From positions 735 through 64,734 of the forward strand of contig CALXVT010000005.1 of NCBI GenBank assembly GCA_944392175.1: a DNA stretch of 64,000 nucleotides. Reading direction: 5' to 3'. This stretch comes from an uncultured Clostridia bacterium (GTDB lineage: Bacteria > Bacillota > Clostridia > TANB77 > CAG-508). Positions 47,132 through 56,096 of this stretch are shown here, one piece after another. The stretch's first letter is position 1; every line of letters begins with the position of its first letter. The notes beneath the pieces are model-generated. The model saw only the letters and a program-made list of their open reading frames with translations. It searched no databases and was not told the DNA's origin. The position numbers and the translations under genes are program-made.

Positions 47132-50100
47132 ATGAAAAGATTAAAAATACTATTAATAACATTAATAGGAATATTAGTACCAATGATAGCAACATTAACA
47201 TATCTTTCACCAATTTCAAATGCTAGTTCGTTTGTATACCAATATGGCGTAACAAATGGAGCACCTCCTTTTGTTACTAACATAGATGGTGTACCTACAG
47301 AAGTTTATTGTTCACAACAAGGTGGTTCATTATGGTCTAGCTGGAGATTAACATTCTATAGCCAAGATACACATAATATGTCTCCTGGTTTAGCATATGC
47401 ATTATCACAATGTTGTTCAATAAATTCTAGACAGAACTTGATATGGATGTCAGATATATCTGATAATATTAAAACAGGTGAGAAAAAACCTGATTATGCA
47501 GATGCAGTAGCACAATTTAATAAAATAGACGGATTTAACAGTTACTATAATAATTTACAACAATATGGAAAAGAGATTAAATTTGAAGATACAGAAGCTT
47601 CATTACAAGGTGCAGAAAATAATACATTTAAATTAGGACCATTTAAATTAAGCTTTTATAAGAGTTCATACTCAAAAATCTCAAGATTATATTTACAAAC
47701 AGATGATAATAGACAAATAGAAGTAACACAAGTTAACTTTGGAGGATATACAGGAAGCGTTTCTGATATAGATTCTGGAGAAGAATTCTATGTATTATTA
47801 TCAAAAGACCAAGCTGGACAAGCTACAAAAGTTAAATTAGTTGCAGATTTTTCATACGTAGAAGCAAGTGGTACTTATACATATTATAAACCAGATACTG
47901 CACATCAAACTATGAATGGACGTACAGTTCAACGTTTAGTAACAGTAAATTATAATAGTCATGGAGAGAATAGTACTGCTACAGGAACAGAAATAGTATT
48001 AACTATAGATTTAGCAGGTAAAGTATTTAAAGATAATCCAGCAGCTAAGAACATGGATCCAGATGGTATTATAAGTACTGGTGATGAAATGTTACCAGGA
48101 ATTGAAGTAACATTATTTGATGCATCTGGAAAACAAGTTGAATTAGATGGTTTAACAAATCCAACAAAAACAGATAATAATGGATATTATGAATTTAAAA
48201 ACTTACCAGCAACACAAGAATACTATGTAAGATTTAAATATAATGGTCAATTATATGAACCAACAACTTATCAAAGAGTAAGTAAAGTAATAGATGATCA
48301 AGGAAATATGGCACCAACAACAATAGCAGAAAGATCTTATGCTACTGATGGTAAACAAAATAGAAAAGATTTTAATAATAAATTTACACCAGTTGATAGT
48401 ACTCATACTGTTCCAGATAGAAATGATACAAATAATGAAGCATTTTCAATATATGCATATACTGGACCAAATGGTATGGAAAACTTATTATACTATGGAG
48501 TTAAGAACTCTAAAGAAGAATTACAAAATATTAACTTTGGTATTATAGATAGAGAACAATTTGATTTGAACTTAAGAAAAGATTTAGTACAAGTTGATAT
48601 GACAATTAATGGTAAGAGCCATACATACCAATATAATGGAACAGATCAAGTACTAGATATATCAATAAGAGGTGTTGATATTCCAGATTACAATAGAGCA
48701 ATTAGATCATCAGATTTAGCATATAAAGCAAATGGTGATAATGCTAATGATAAATTACAAGTATTAGTAACATATAAGATTCAATTATTTAATGAATCTG
48801 TAGGTGAGATAACAGGATATGTAACAAACTTAAAAGATTATTATGATACATCTTATGAATATATAAGATCATGGGATGAAAATAATAAAGAAATAAGTTG
48901 GGAACAATCTAGTGATATCTCAGGAAGTGGAAAGACATATCATGTAATGAGTACAACATCACTTCAAAATGATGGAATTACAGATAGAAAATGGGTATTT
49001 GTTCAATATAAAGTAACAAATGACACATTAAGAGATATATTAGGAATGCAAGATGGTGAAGGTGAAACAGAAGAAAACTTTGCAGAGATTGCCGGATATA
49101 GAAATACTTATACAAATGATAAGAAAGACTTAAATGGTCAATTAATAGTAAGTGCCGGTGAGAATGCAGGTTTAATAGATGTAGATTCTACACCAGCAAA
49201 TATGAATCCTACAGATAAAGATGTTCAAGACTTTGTTGCATACTCAAAAACAGATGAATATCAAAACTTAGGAGGAGAAGAAAAGACATCAATGAGAAAT
49301 GAAATATTCGAAGATGATGCCGATGTTGCTCCAGGATTAAGAATAACAAAGGACGATACAAATAAGAGACAATTAACAGGAAGTATATTTGAAGATGCAG
49401 CACTTGAAGAAAAACTAGAAGAAAATGAAAGAATTGGTAATGGTTCACTAGATAATGGTGAAAATATGATAGAACAAGTAAAAGTACAATTAATCTGTAC
49501 AAATCCAGATGTTGAAACTAAAGAAGTTAGAGCAGATGCAGATGGAAACTATTTGATTACAGATTATATACCTGGTGATTATACAATCAAATTTACATAT
49601 GGAGATTTTGAAGTATTAAAATCAACTAAAAATGTAAATATGTATACAGGTCAAGATTATAAATCTACATTATATTATGAAGAAAATTATCAAGATGATC
49701 AAAAACACTGGTATAATAATAATGTAGATACAAGAGCAAATGATGCTAAAGACGATCAAGAAAGAAGAGAAGTAGTAAATAATTATAGTAAAGACTTAAA
49801 ATACACAAATGCTACATTATTAAATGCTGAAAATACTGCAGATGATGCAACAATACAAGCATTAGCAGATAATACTTATATGACAGCAGATACTGCAGAA
49901 ATGGCAATGGAAATTGAATATGTAGGACAAGAGAATACAAATTATTTAGTAAGAAATATCGACTTTGGTATTATAGAAAGACCTCGTTCAGATATATTAG
50001 TTGAAAAGAGAGTATCTCATTTAAAATTAACTACAGCTGGAGATGGTCAAACAATATTTGATACCAACCAAAGTGTATCAGACTTAGCTTGGCTTGAAAA

Positions 50101-50872
50101 TAAAAGAAATGATACAGATAGAACTAAAGTTGACAGAGGTACAATCCAAGCAACTATAGATGAAAACTTAATGCATGGTGCAAGTCTTGAAATTACATTT
50201 GCTATAAAGGTAACAAACACAGGTGAGACTGACTATACAGATGAAACTTACTATAATACAGGTGTTATAACAAATGCAAATAATATAGTTACATTAAAAC
50301 CAGCAAATATAATTGACTATGTATCAAATAACATATTATATGATCAATCTAGAAACTCTGAATGGCAAGAAGTTGCAGATAAAACAACTTTAACTTCAGG
50401 AGATGATCCATATATTAAACCAATAGATGAAAAAGCAGAAGACTTTAATTCATTACAAAAAATAGTAATAGCAAATTCATCTAACCCAATATTAACAGCA
50501 GAAGCTTTAGTACCTGAAAGTGCTAAAGATAAAGCTGGAAAAGAATCTTCAACACCAGAATCTACATTAATACTTACAAAAGTATTAGCTAATGATGGTG
50601 AAAATCAAGATAACTCAGAATATGAAAATACTGCAGAGGCTTATGAAACAATAACAACAAATGGTAGAAGAACATATAATGCAAATATTGTTTCAATACC
50701 TGGTAACTATAATGTAGCTGAACCAGATACAGCCGTTTCTGAAAGAGTTTCAATAGTACCACCATTTGGTGCAATGGATATATTAAAATATACATTAATA
50801 GGAATTGCAGCAATAGCTATCCTTGCAGTTGGTATATTTGTAATCAAAAGAAAAGTTGTAGATAAAAAATAA
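47132..50872 (+). CDS. Large surface adhesin with signal peptide, possible N-terminal thioester-like region, two SdrD-B-like domains and a C-terminal TM anchor
   Basis: The product is 1246 aa. AGGAGGAAGG lies upstream, and the gene starts 20 nt after the previous stop, so the two are probably co-transcribed. It contains GKVFKDNPAAKNMDPDGIISTGDEMLPGIEVTLFD...TDNNGYYEFKNLP and TGSIFEDAA...ADADGNYLITDYIPGDYTIKF. The C-terminus is VPPFGAMDILKYTLIGIAAIAILAVGIFVIKRK. Confidence 0.85.
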   Translation: MKRLKILLITLIGILVPMIATLTYLSPISNASSFVYQYGVTNGAPPFVTNIDGVPTEVYCSQQGGSLWSSWRLTFYSQDTHNMSPGLAYALSQCCSINSRQNLIWMSDISDNIKTGEKKPDYADAVAQFNKIDGFNSYYNNLQQYGKEIKFEDTEASLQGAENNTFKLGPFKLSFYKSSYSKISRLYLQTDDNRQIEVTQVNFGGYTGSVSDIDSGEEFYVLLSKDQAGQATKVKLVADFSYVEASGTYTYYKPDTAHQTMNGRTVQRLVTVNYNSHGENSTATGTEIVLTIDLAGKVFKDNPAAKNMDPDGIISTGDEMLPGIEVTLFDASGKQVELDGLTNPTKTDNNGYYEFKNLPATQEYYVRFKYNGQLYEPTTYQRVSKVIDDQGNMAPTTIAERSYATDGKQNRKDFNNKFTPVDSTHTVPDRNDTNNEAFSIYAYTGPNGMENLLYYGVKNSKEELQNINFGIIDREQFDLNLRKDLVQVDMTINGKSHTYQYNGTDQVLDISIRGVDIPDYNRAIRSSDLAYKANGDNANDKLQVLVTYKIQLFNESVGEITGYVTNLKDYYDTSYEYIRSWDENNKEISWEQSSDISGSGKTYHVMSTTSLQNDGITDRKWVFVQYKVTNDTLRDILGMQDGEGETEENFAEIAGYRNTYTNDKKDLNGQLIVSAGENAGLIDVDSTPANMNPTDKDVQDFVAYSKTDEYQNLGGEEKTSMRNEIFEDDADVAPGLRITKDDTNKRQLTGSIFEDAALEEKLEENERIGNGSLDNGENMIEQVKVQLICTNPDVETKEVRADADGNYLITDYIPGDYTIKFTYGDFEVLKSTKNVNMYTGQDYKSTLYYEENYQDDQKHWYNNNVDTRANDAKDDQERREVVNNYSKDLKYTNATLLNAENTADDATIQALADNTYMTADTAEMAMEIEYVGQENTNYLVRNIDFGIIERPRSDILVEKRVSHLKLTTAGDGQTIFDTNQSVSDLAWLENKRNDTDRTKVDRGTIQATIDENLMHGASLEITFAIKVTNTGETDYTDETYYNTGVITNANNIVTLKPANIIDYVSNNILYDQSRNSEWQEVADKTTLTSGDDPYIKPIDEKAEDFNSLQKIVIANSSNPILTAEALVPESAKDKAGKESSTPESTLILTKVLANDGENQDNSEYENTAEAYETITTNGRRTYNANIVSIPGNYNVAEPDTAVSERVSIVPPFGAMDILKYTLIGIAAIAILAVGIFVIKRKVVDKK

Positions 50873-50887
50873 CATATTCAATAAAGT

Positions 50888-50921
50888 AAAAAAGGTAGAT
50901 TATAAAAATCTACCTTTTTTT
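50888..50921 (+). terminator. Rho-independent terminator after the adhesin operon
   Basis: The stem pairs aaaaaggtagat with atctaccttttt, followed by a T-run. Confidence 0.8.
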
Positions 50922-50977
50922 CTTATACTATTGAAAATAAAAATACAGTGTGATATATAATATAATGAAATTTGTCT

Positions 50978-51145
50978 ATGACAAAAACTAAAGAAAAGAT
51001 TCAAAATCAGAAGAAGAAAAAGATGAAACACCAAAAAACAGGTGTTGCAAGTTATTTAACAGTAGGCGTAGGAGTTGCAGTTATTTCAACAAATAGCTGT
51101 AGTTTATTTAAGAAAAAGAAATGCTTAAGTAAAGTGTTAAAATAA
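50978..51145 (+). pseudogene. Decayed copy of the 3' end (sorting signal) of the LRR surface-protein gene
   Basis: Positions 51001-51128 align by eye at roughly 90% identity with 53135-53260. Relative to the intact copy there are two 1-nt insertions (ccaaaaaacagg versus cctaaaacagg, and tcaacaaatagc versus tcaacaatagc). The following hairpin is also shared (51146-51177 versus 53278-53309). Confidence 0.7.
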
Positions 51146-51195
51146 AAGGGATAGACTTGCTATATAAGTCTATCCTTAATATTTTGGAGAGGATT

Positions 51196-51963
51196 ATGGC
51201 AAAACATTTTAAAGAGAAAGAAAAGAAGCCACATAGATTGCTTCGCATAATTTTAATTATGCTAATTATAATATCTGTTACATACATAATTAAATATTTT
51301 ATAGATAGAAATGCAACAAATCATGAAAGTGACGTGTTAGATTCTATAGAAATTGATGAAAAACAGATAACAGATGATACAACCGAAAGAATGTTACAAA
51401 TAAAAGAACTTCAAAAAGAAAATTCGGATATAGTTGGCTGGCTAGAAATAGAAGGAACAAATATTAATTATCCGGTACTACAAGGTGATGATAACAGTTA
51501 TTATATGACTCATAATTATAAAAGAGAAACAACATCTTCAGGTTCATTATTTTTAGATAAAGACTATGATTGGGACATACCAAGTAGTAATTTACTAATT
51601 TATGGCCATAATAATTTAGATGGATTAATGTTTCAGGAATTATTAAAATATGAAGATGAAGATTTTTATAAAGAGCATCCAACATTTAGATTTACAACGG
51701 CAGATGAAGATTCAGAATATGAGATAATATCTGCATTTAGATCAAGAGTTTATTATAAATCTGAAAAAAATGTATTTAGATATTATTATTTTATAAATGC
51801 AGAAAATGAGAAAGAGTACAATGAATTTGTTGATTCTGCAAAAGAAAACTCACTTTATGATACAGGAAAAACAGCAGAATATGGAGACCAATTAATGACT
51901 TTATCTACTTGTGCATATCATACAGAAGACGGAAGATTTGCAGTGGTGGCAAGGAAAAAATAA
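51196..51963 (+). CDS. srtB: Class B sortase
   Basis: It has an N-terminal TM segment. DIVGWLEIEGTNINYPVLQGDDNSYYMTHNY is typical of SrtB. The catalytic motifs are LIYGHN (His) and LMTLSTCAY (Cys codon at 51910-51912), with a late Arg (VVARK). I prefer the ATG at 51196 with GGAGAGG upstream. The track TTG at 51157 lies inside a hairpin. Confidence 0.85.
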   Translation: MAKHFKEKEKKPHRLLRIILIMLIIISVTYIIKYFIDRNATNHESDVLDSIEIDEKQITDDTTERMLQIKELQKENSDIVGWLEIEGTNINYPVLQGDDNSYYMTHNYKRETTSSGSLFLDKDYDWDIPSSNLLIYGHNNLDGLMFQELLKYEDEDFYKEHPTFRFTTADEDSEYEIISAFRSRVYYKSEKNVFRYYYFINAENEKEYNEFVDSAKENSLYDTGKTAEYGDQLMTLSTCAYHTEDGRFAVVARKK

Positions 51964-52129
51964 ATATTTATATTTTTGTTGAAAAATAAATAATGTTATG
52001 ATATATATATATAATGCATTAGCAAAATTTTATTAAACACTAAAGAAGAGCATAAACTCTTTTCAAAATTTAATTTAGATATTTATATTATAAATATAAA
52101 TATAAAATACGAAAAGGGGAGGTGAAACA

Positions 52130-53260
52130 ATGAAAAACACAATAAGACTAATTGGAATAGCTATGGTGATTATGATTAGTGCATTATTATTTTCAAATGA
52201 TGTACAAGCAGCAGGAACAAATATTGCAGATAAGTTTGAAAAATCTTTTGTAAATGCAGTATGTGAAAAATATTCTATTACAGAAGAAGAATTTACTACT
52301 GAATGGGCAACTAAACAAACAAGGTTAGAGCTTAGCAATATGGAAATTGGGGGAATAGATAAAGGAGGAAATAATCCTAACGTATTAGCTCAATACTTTC
52401 CAAATCTTGAAAAATTAGATTTAAGTAATAATGAATTAGGAGGATTACCAAATTTCCCTGCTACACTTAAAGAAATAGATTGTAGTGGTAATAATATAGA
52501 CGGATTACCAAATTTTCCAGCAGGGCTTACAAAATTAAATGTAAATAATAATAAGCTAGTAGCATTACCAAATTTACCAGCAACATTAATAGAATTAAAT
52601 GTTGAAGATAATAATTTGGAAGGATTACCAGATTTACCAGCAGGACTTAAAGTTTTAAATGTTAATGGAAATGGTTTAGAAGCATTACCAGCATTACCAG
52701 CAGGTTTATCAGAGTTATATGCAAATAATAACAATTTGCCAGGATTACCAGATTTACCAGAAACTTTAAGAAACTTAGATTTAAGTAATAACAACTTACC
52801 AGGATTACCAGATTTACCAAAAAATTTGGTTAATTTAGATTTAAGTTATAATGAATTACCTGCATTACCAGATTTACCAGAAGATTTAAAAACATTAAAT
52901 CTTTCAAACAATGAATTAACAGAGCTACCTATATTACCACCTACTTTAAATTCATTAGATATTACTGGAAATACTGGAATTAAAAAGGTAGAAGAAGAAC
53001 AATTGCCAACAACATTACAAGAATTTAAAACAGATTTAATTAAAGCTGATAATGGTAATTACTACGATAGCTTAGACAATATAGAAGAAAATGATTCAGA
53101 AGAAAACTCTGATGAAAATAATTCAGAGGAAGAATCAAAATCTGAAGAAGAAAAAGATGAAACTCCTAAAACAGGTATTGCAAGTTATGTAGCAATAGCA
53201 GTAGGAGTTGCAGTTATTTCAACAATAGCTGTAGTTTATTTAAGAAAAAGAAATGCTTAA
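52130..53260 (+). CDS. Leucine-rich-repeat surface protein with TPKTG sortase signal
   Basis: It has the signal peptide ...SNDVQA/AG. Nine to ten 20-residue LRRs follow (LPNFPATLKEIDCSGNNIDG, LPDLPETLRNLDLSNNNLPG and others), then an acidic S/E-rich stalk. The C-terminus is TPKTG (53162-53176) followed by IASYVAIAVGVAVISTIAVVYL and RKRNA. Confidence 0.88.
   Translation: MKNTIRLIGIAMVIMISALLFSNDVQAAGTNIADKFEKSFVNAVCEKYSITEEEFTTEWATKQTRLELSNMEIGGIDKGGNNPNVLAQYFPNLEKLDLSNNELGGLPNFPATLKEIDCSGNNIDGLPNFPAGLTKLNVNNNKLVALPNLPATLIELNVEDNNLEGLPDLPAGLKVLNVNGNGLEALPALPAGLSELYANNNNLPGLPDLPETLRNLDLSNNNLPGLPDLPKNLVNLDLSYNELPALPDLPEDLKTLNLSNNELTELPILPPTLNSLDITGNTGIKKVEEEQLPTTLQEFKTDLIKADNGNYYDSLDNIEENDSEENSDENNSEEESKSEEEKDETPKTGIASYVAIAVGVAVISTIAVVYLRKRNA
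52400..52980 (+). repeat. Tandem ~60-bp coding repeats (LRR units)
   Basis: There are recurrent ggattaccagatttaccag...ttaaat...aataataa units with 60-nt periodicity. They also generate the spurious antisense ORF at 52390..52794. Confidence 0.8.
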
Positions 53261-53277
53261 ATTATACATATAAAGTA

Positions 53278-53309
53278 GAGGATAGACTTCAAATAAGGTC
53301 TATCCTTTT
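53278..53309 (+). terminator. Rho-independent terminator after the LRR gene
   Basis: The stem pairs gaggatagactt with aaggtctatcctt, followed by TTT. Confidence 0.7.
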
Positions 53310-53465
53310 CTTGTGGTAAAAGGATAGTACTTGATTTATAACTTTAATTAGAGTTAGTAAAAAATAAATAAAAATAATAAAAGTGGGAAAAATATTAGAA
53401 AATTTAGACATTTAAAAAAAAGAATGATACAATAGGTAAAACAAAAAAGAAAGGAAGTAGATAAA

Positions 53466-54866
53466 ATGACATATGGTGAAGAGCTAAAAGAAAAATTATT
53501 TTCTAAAAAAACAAATGGTTGGTTAAAATTATCAGACGAATTAAAAAAAGAAATTTTTGATTACAATGACAACTATATGAACTTTCTAAATGAATCAAAA
53601 ACAGAAAGAGAAATTGTTTCAAGTGCAAAGAAAATAGCAGAAGAAAACGGATTTAAAGATATAAACGAAGTAGAACATCTAAATGTAGGAGATAAAGTAT
53701 ATTATATAAATAAAGAGAAGAGCATGTATTTAGCAGTAATTGGTGAAGAAAAAATGGAGAACGGAATAAGTATAATTGGTGCACATGCTGATTCTCCAAG
53801 ATTAGATTTAAAGCCAAATCCAGTATATGAAGATCAAGAATTAGCATATTTTAAAACACATTATTACGGTGGAATCAAGAAATATCAATGGACAACAATT
53901 CCACTTAGTATACATGGTGTTATAATTAAGGAAAATGGAGAAAAAGTAACAATTAAAATTGGTGAAGATGAGAATGATCCAATTTTTACCATAACAGATT
54001 TATTACCACATTTAGCTAGAGAACAAGAAAACTCTAAATTAAGAGAAGCAATAAAGGGAAAAGATTTAAACTTATTGGTGGGAAGTATTCCTTTTGATGA
54101 AGATATTGCAGAAAATGTAAAACTAAATTTATTAAATATATTAAATAAAAAATATGGAATAGTAGAAAAAGATTTTAGCAGTGCAGAACTTGAAGTAGTT
54201 CCAGCATATAAAGCAAGAACACAAGGATTTGACGAAAGTATGGTTGCAGCATATGGACAAGATGATAAAGTATGTGTATATACATCTTTAACAGCAATGA
54301 TGGAACTTAAAAATATTAAGAAAACTGCTGTATGTATAATTGCAGATAAAGAAGAAATAGGAAGTATGGGAAATACTGGTATGCAATCACAAGCATTTGA
54401 TACATTTGTATCATACTTATTAAATAAAACTGGAGAAAATAGAGTAAATCTTTTAGAAAAAGTTTATTGTAATTCTAAAATGCTTTCAGCAGATGTTGAT
54501 GCAGCAATAGATCCATTATATGCAAATGTTTCTGATAAAATGAATGCAGGATATTTAGGATATGGAATTGCATTAAATAAATATACTGGTTCTGGCGGAA
54601 AATATGATGCATCAGATGCAAATGCTGAATATATCGCAGAAGTAAAAAGTATATTTGATAAAAACAATGTTAAATATCAAATTTCAGAATTAGGTGAAGT
54701 AGATGTTGGAGGAGGCGGAACTATTGCATACATCCTTGCAAACAAAGGAATAGATGTAATAGACTGTGGAGTTCCAGTATTATGTATGCATTCACCATAT
54801 GAAGTAACAAGTAAATATGATGTATACACAGCATATAAAGCATATCAAGCATTCTGGAATGCTTAG
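53466..54866 (+). CDS. M18 family aminopeptidase
   Basis: The product is 466 aa. It has IIGAHADSPRLDLKPNP, YYGGIKKYQW and ADKEEIGSMG motifs, and a C-terminal CMHSPYE. Confidence 0.85.
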   Translation: MTYGEELKEKLFSKKTNGWLKLSDELKKEIFDYNDNYMNFLNESKTEREIVSSAKKIAEENGFKDINEVEHLNVGDKVYYINKEKSMYLAVIGEEKMENGISIIGAHADSPRLDLKPNPVYEDQELAYFKTHYYGGIKKYQWTTIPLSIHGVIIKENGEKVTIKIGEDENDPIFTITDLLPHLAREQENSKLREAIKGKDLNLLVGSIPFDEDIAENVKLNLLNILNKKYGIVEKDFSSAELEVVPAYKARTQGFDESMVAAYGQDDKVCVYTSLTAMMELKNIKKTAVCIIADKEEIGSMGNTGMQSQAFDTFVSYLLNKTGENRVNLLEKVYCNSKMLSADVDAAIDPLYANVSDKMNAGYLGYGIALNKYTGSGGKYDASDANAEYIAEVKSIFDKNNVKYQISELGEVDVGGGGTIAYILANKGIDVIDCGVPVLCMHSPYEVTSKYDVYTAYKAYQAFWNA

Positions 54867-54872
54867 TAAATT

Positions 54873-54908
54873 AAAGAAGAATTTAGAAATAACTAAATTC
54901 TTCTTTTT
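54873..54908 (+). terminator. Rho-independent terminator
   Basis: The stem pairs aaagaagaattta with taaattcttcttt, followed by Ts. Confidence 0.75.
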
Positions 54909-54994
54909 CTAGTTATATAAATACTAAAACTTGAAAAAATAGGCAATATTGTGTATAATAGGAAATAGAGTTTATAAAAAAGAGGAGATTATAT

Positions 54995-56056
54995 ATGTTT
55001 GATAAGTTAGATGCAGTGGAAAAGAGATATGAAGAATTAACAAAACTAATTAGTGATCCAGAAGTAATTAGTAATCATTCAGAATGGCAAAAATATGTTA
55101 AAGAACATGCTGAATTAACTGATGTTGTAGAAAAATATAGAGAATACAAAAAAGTAGAGCAAACAATGAAAGAAGCAGAAGAAATGATGCATGATAAAGA
55201 ATTAAAGGAGCTTGCAGAAGCAGATTATTATTCTGCAAAAGAACAATTGCCAAAAATAGAAGAAGAATTAAAAATGCTTTTAGTTCCAAAGGATAAAGAT
55301 GATGACAAAAACATTATTTGCGAAATAAGAGCAGGGGCCGGAGGAGAAGAAGCAGCATTATTTGCAGGTACTTTATTTAGAATGTATAGTATGTATGCAG
55401 AAAGAAAACATTGGAAATTAGATATATTAAATGAAAATGCAACAGAACTTGGAGGATACAAAGAAATTTCTTTTATGATAACAGGAAAAGGTGCATATAG
55501 TAGATTAAAATATGAAAGTGGAGTTCATAGAGTACAAAGAGTTCCAGATACAGAAAGTAGTGGAAGAATTCATACATCTACTGCAACAGTTGCAGTCCTT
55601 CCAGTAGTAGAAGATGTAGAAATTGATATAAATCCTGCAGACATTAAAATGGAAGTATTTAGAGCTTCAGGAGCAGGAGGACAACATATTAATAAAACAT
55701 CATCAGCAGTTAGACTTATTCATATACCAACAGGAATTGTAGCAGAATGTCAAACAGAAAGATCACAATTCCAAAACAGAGAATATGCAATGAAATTATT
55801 ACGTTCTAGATTATATGATATCGAAAAGGAAAAACAAGATAGTGCACTTGCTAATGAAAGAAAATCACAAATAGGGCATGGGGATAGAAGTGAAAAGATT
55901 AGAACATATAATTATCCTCAAGGAAGAATTACAGATCATAGAATTGGACTTAGCATATTCCAAATGGAAGACTTTTTAAATGGAAACCTAGATGGAATGA
56001 TAGATAGTTTAGCTGCAGCAGATGTAGCAGAAAAACTAAAAGGTGAAGAAGAATAA
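54995..56056 (+). CDS. prfA: Peptide chain release factor 1
   Basis: The product is 353 aa. It has [17 protein letters not shown] (GGQ motif) and [17 protein letters not shown] (a PxT-type RF1 tripeptide region). It is a single uninterrupted frame. Confidence 0.92.
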   Translation: MFDKLDAVEKRYEELTKLISDPEVISNHSEWQKYVKEHAELTDVVEKYREYKKVEQTMKEAEEMMHDKELKELAEADYYSAKEQLPKIEEELKMLLVPKDKDDDKNIICEIRAGAGGEEAALFAGTLFRMYSMYAERKHWKLDILNENATELGGYKEISFMITGKGAYSRLKYESGVHRVQRVPDTESSGRIHTSTATVAVLPVVEDVEIDINPADIKMEVFRASGAGGQHINKTSSAVRLIHIPTGIVAECQTERSQFQNREYAMKLLRSRLYDIEKEKQDSALANERKSQIGHGDRSEKIRTYNYPQGRITDHRIGLSIFQMEDFLNGNLDGMIDSLAAADVAEKLKGEEE

Positions 56057-56058
56057 AT

Positions 56059-56093
56059 AAAAAGAACGAAATTTTTAAATTTCGTTCTTTTTT
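56059..56093. terminator. Bidirectional terminator between prfA and the HD-domain gene
   Basis: The stem pairs aaaaagaacgaaat with atttcgttcttttt. Confidence 0.8.
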
Positions 56094-56096
56094 AGT

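Noticed and set aside
52390-52794. A possible CRISPR-like or independent gene signal from the regular ~60-bp repeats, including the 134-aa minus ORF
   Set aside because: The periodicity is the 20-codon LRR unit of a plus-strand CDS. The repeats are contiguous with no spacers, and the antisense ORF is a by-product of the repeat.
50873-53310. The srtB-LRR cassette as a mobile element
   Set aside because: Direct repeats flank it, but there is no transposase, integrase, recombinase or inverted-repeat terminus. Gene duplication and decay explains the repeats better.
54995-56056. A programmed frameshift in the release-factor gene
   Set aside because: The gene is RF1-type (GGQ motif plus a PxT-type motif) and reads as one uninterrupted frame. 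The known +1 frameshift belongs to prfB (RF2), which is not in this window.
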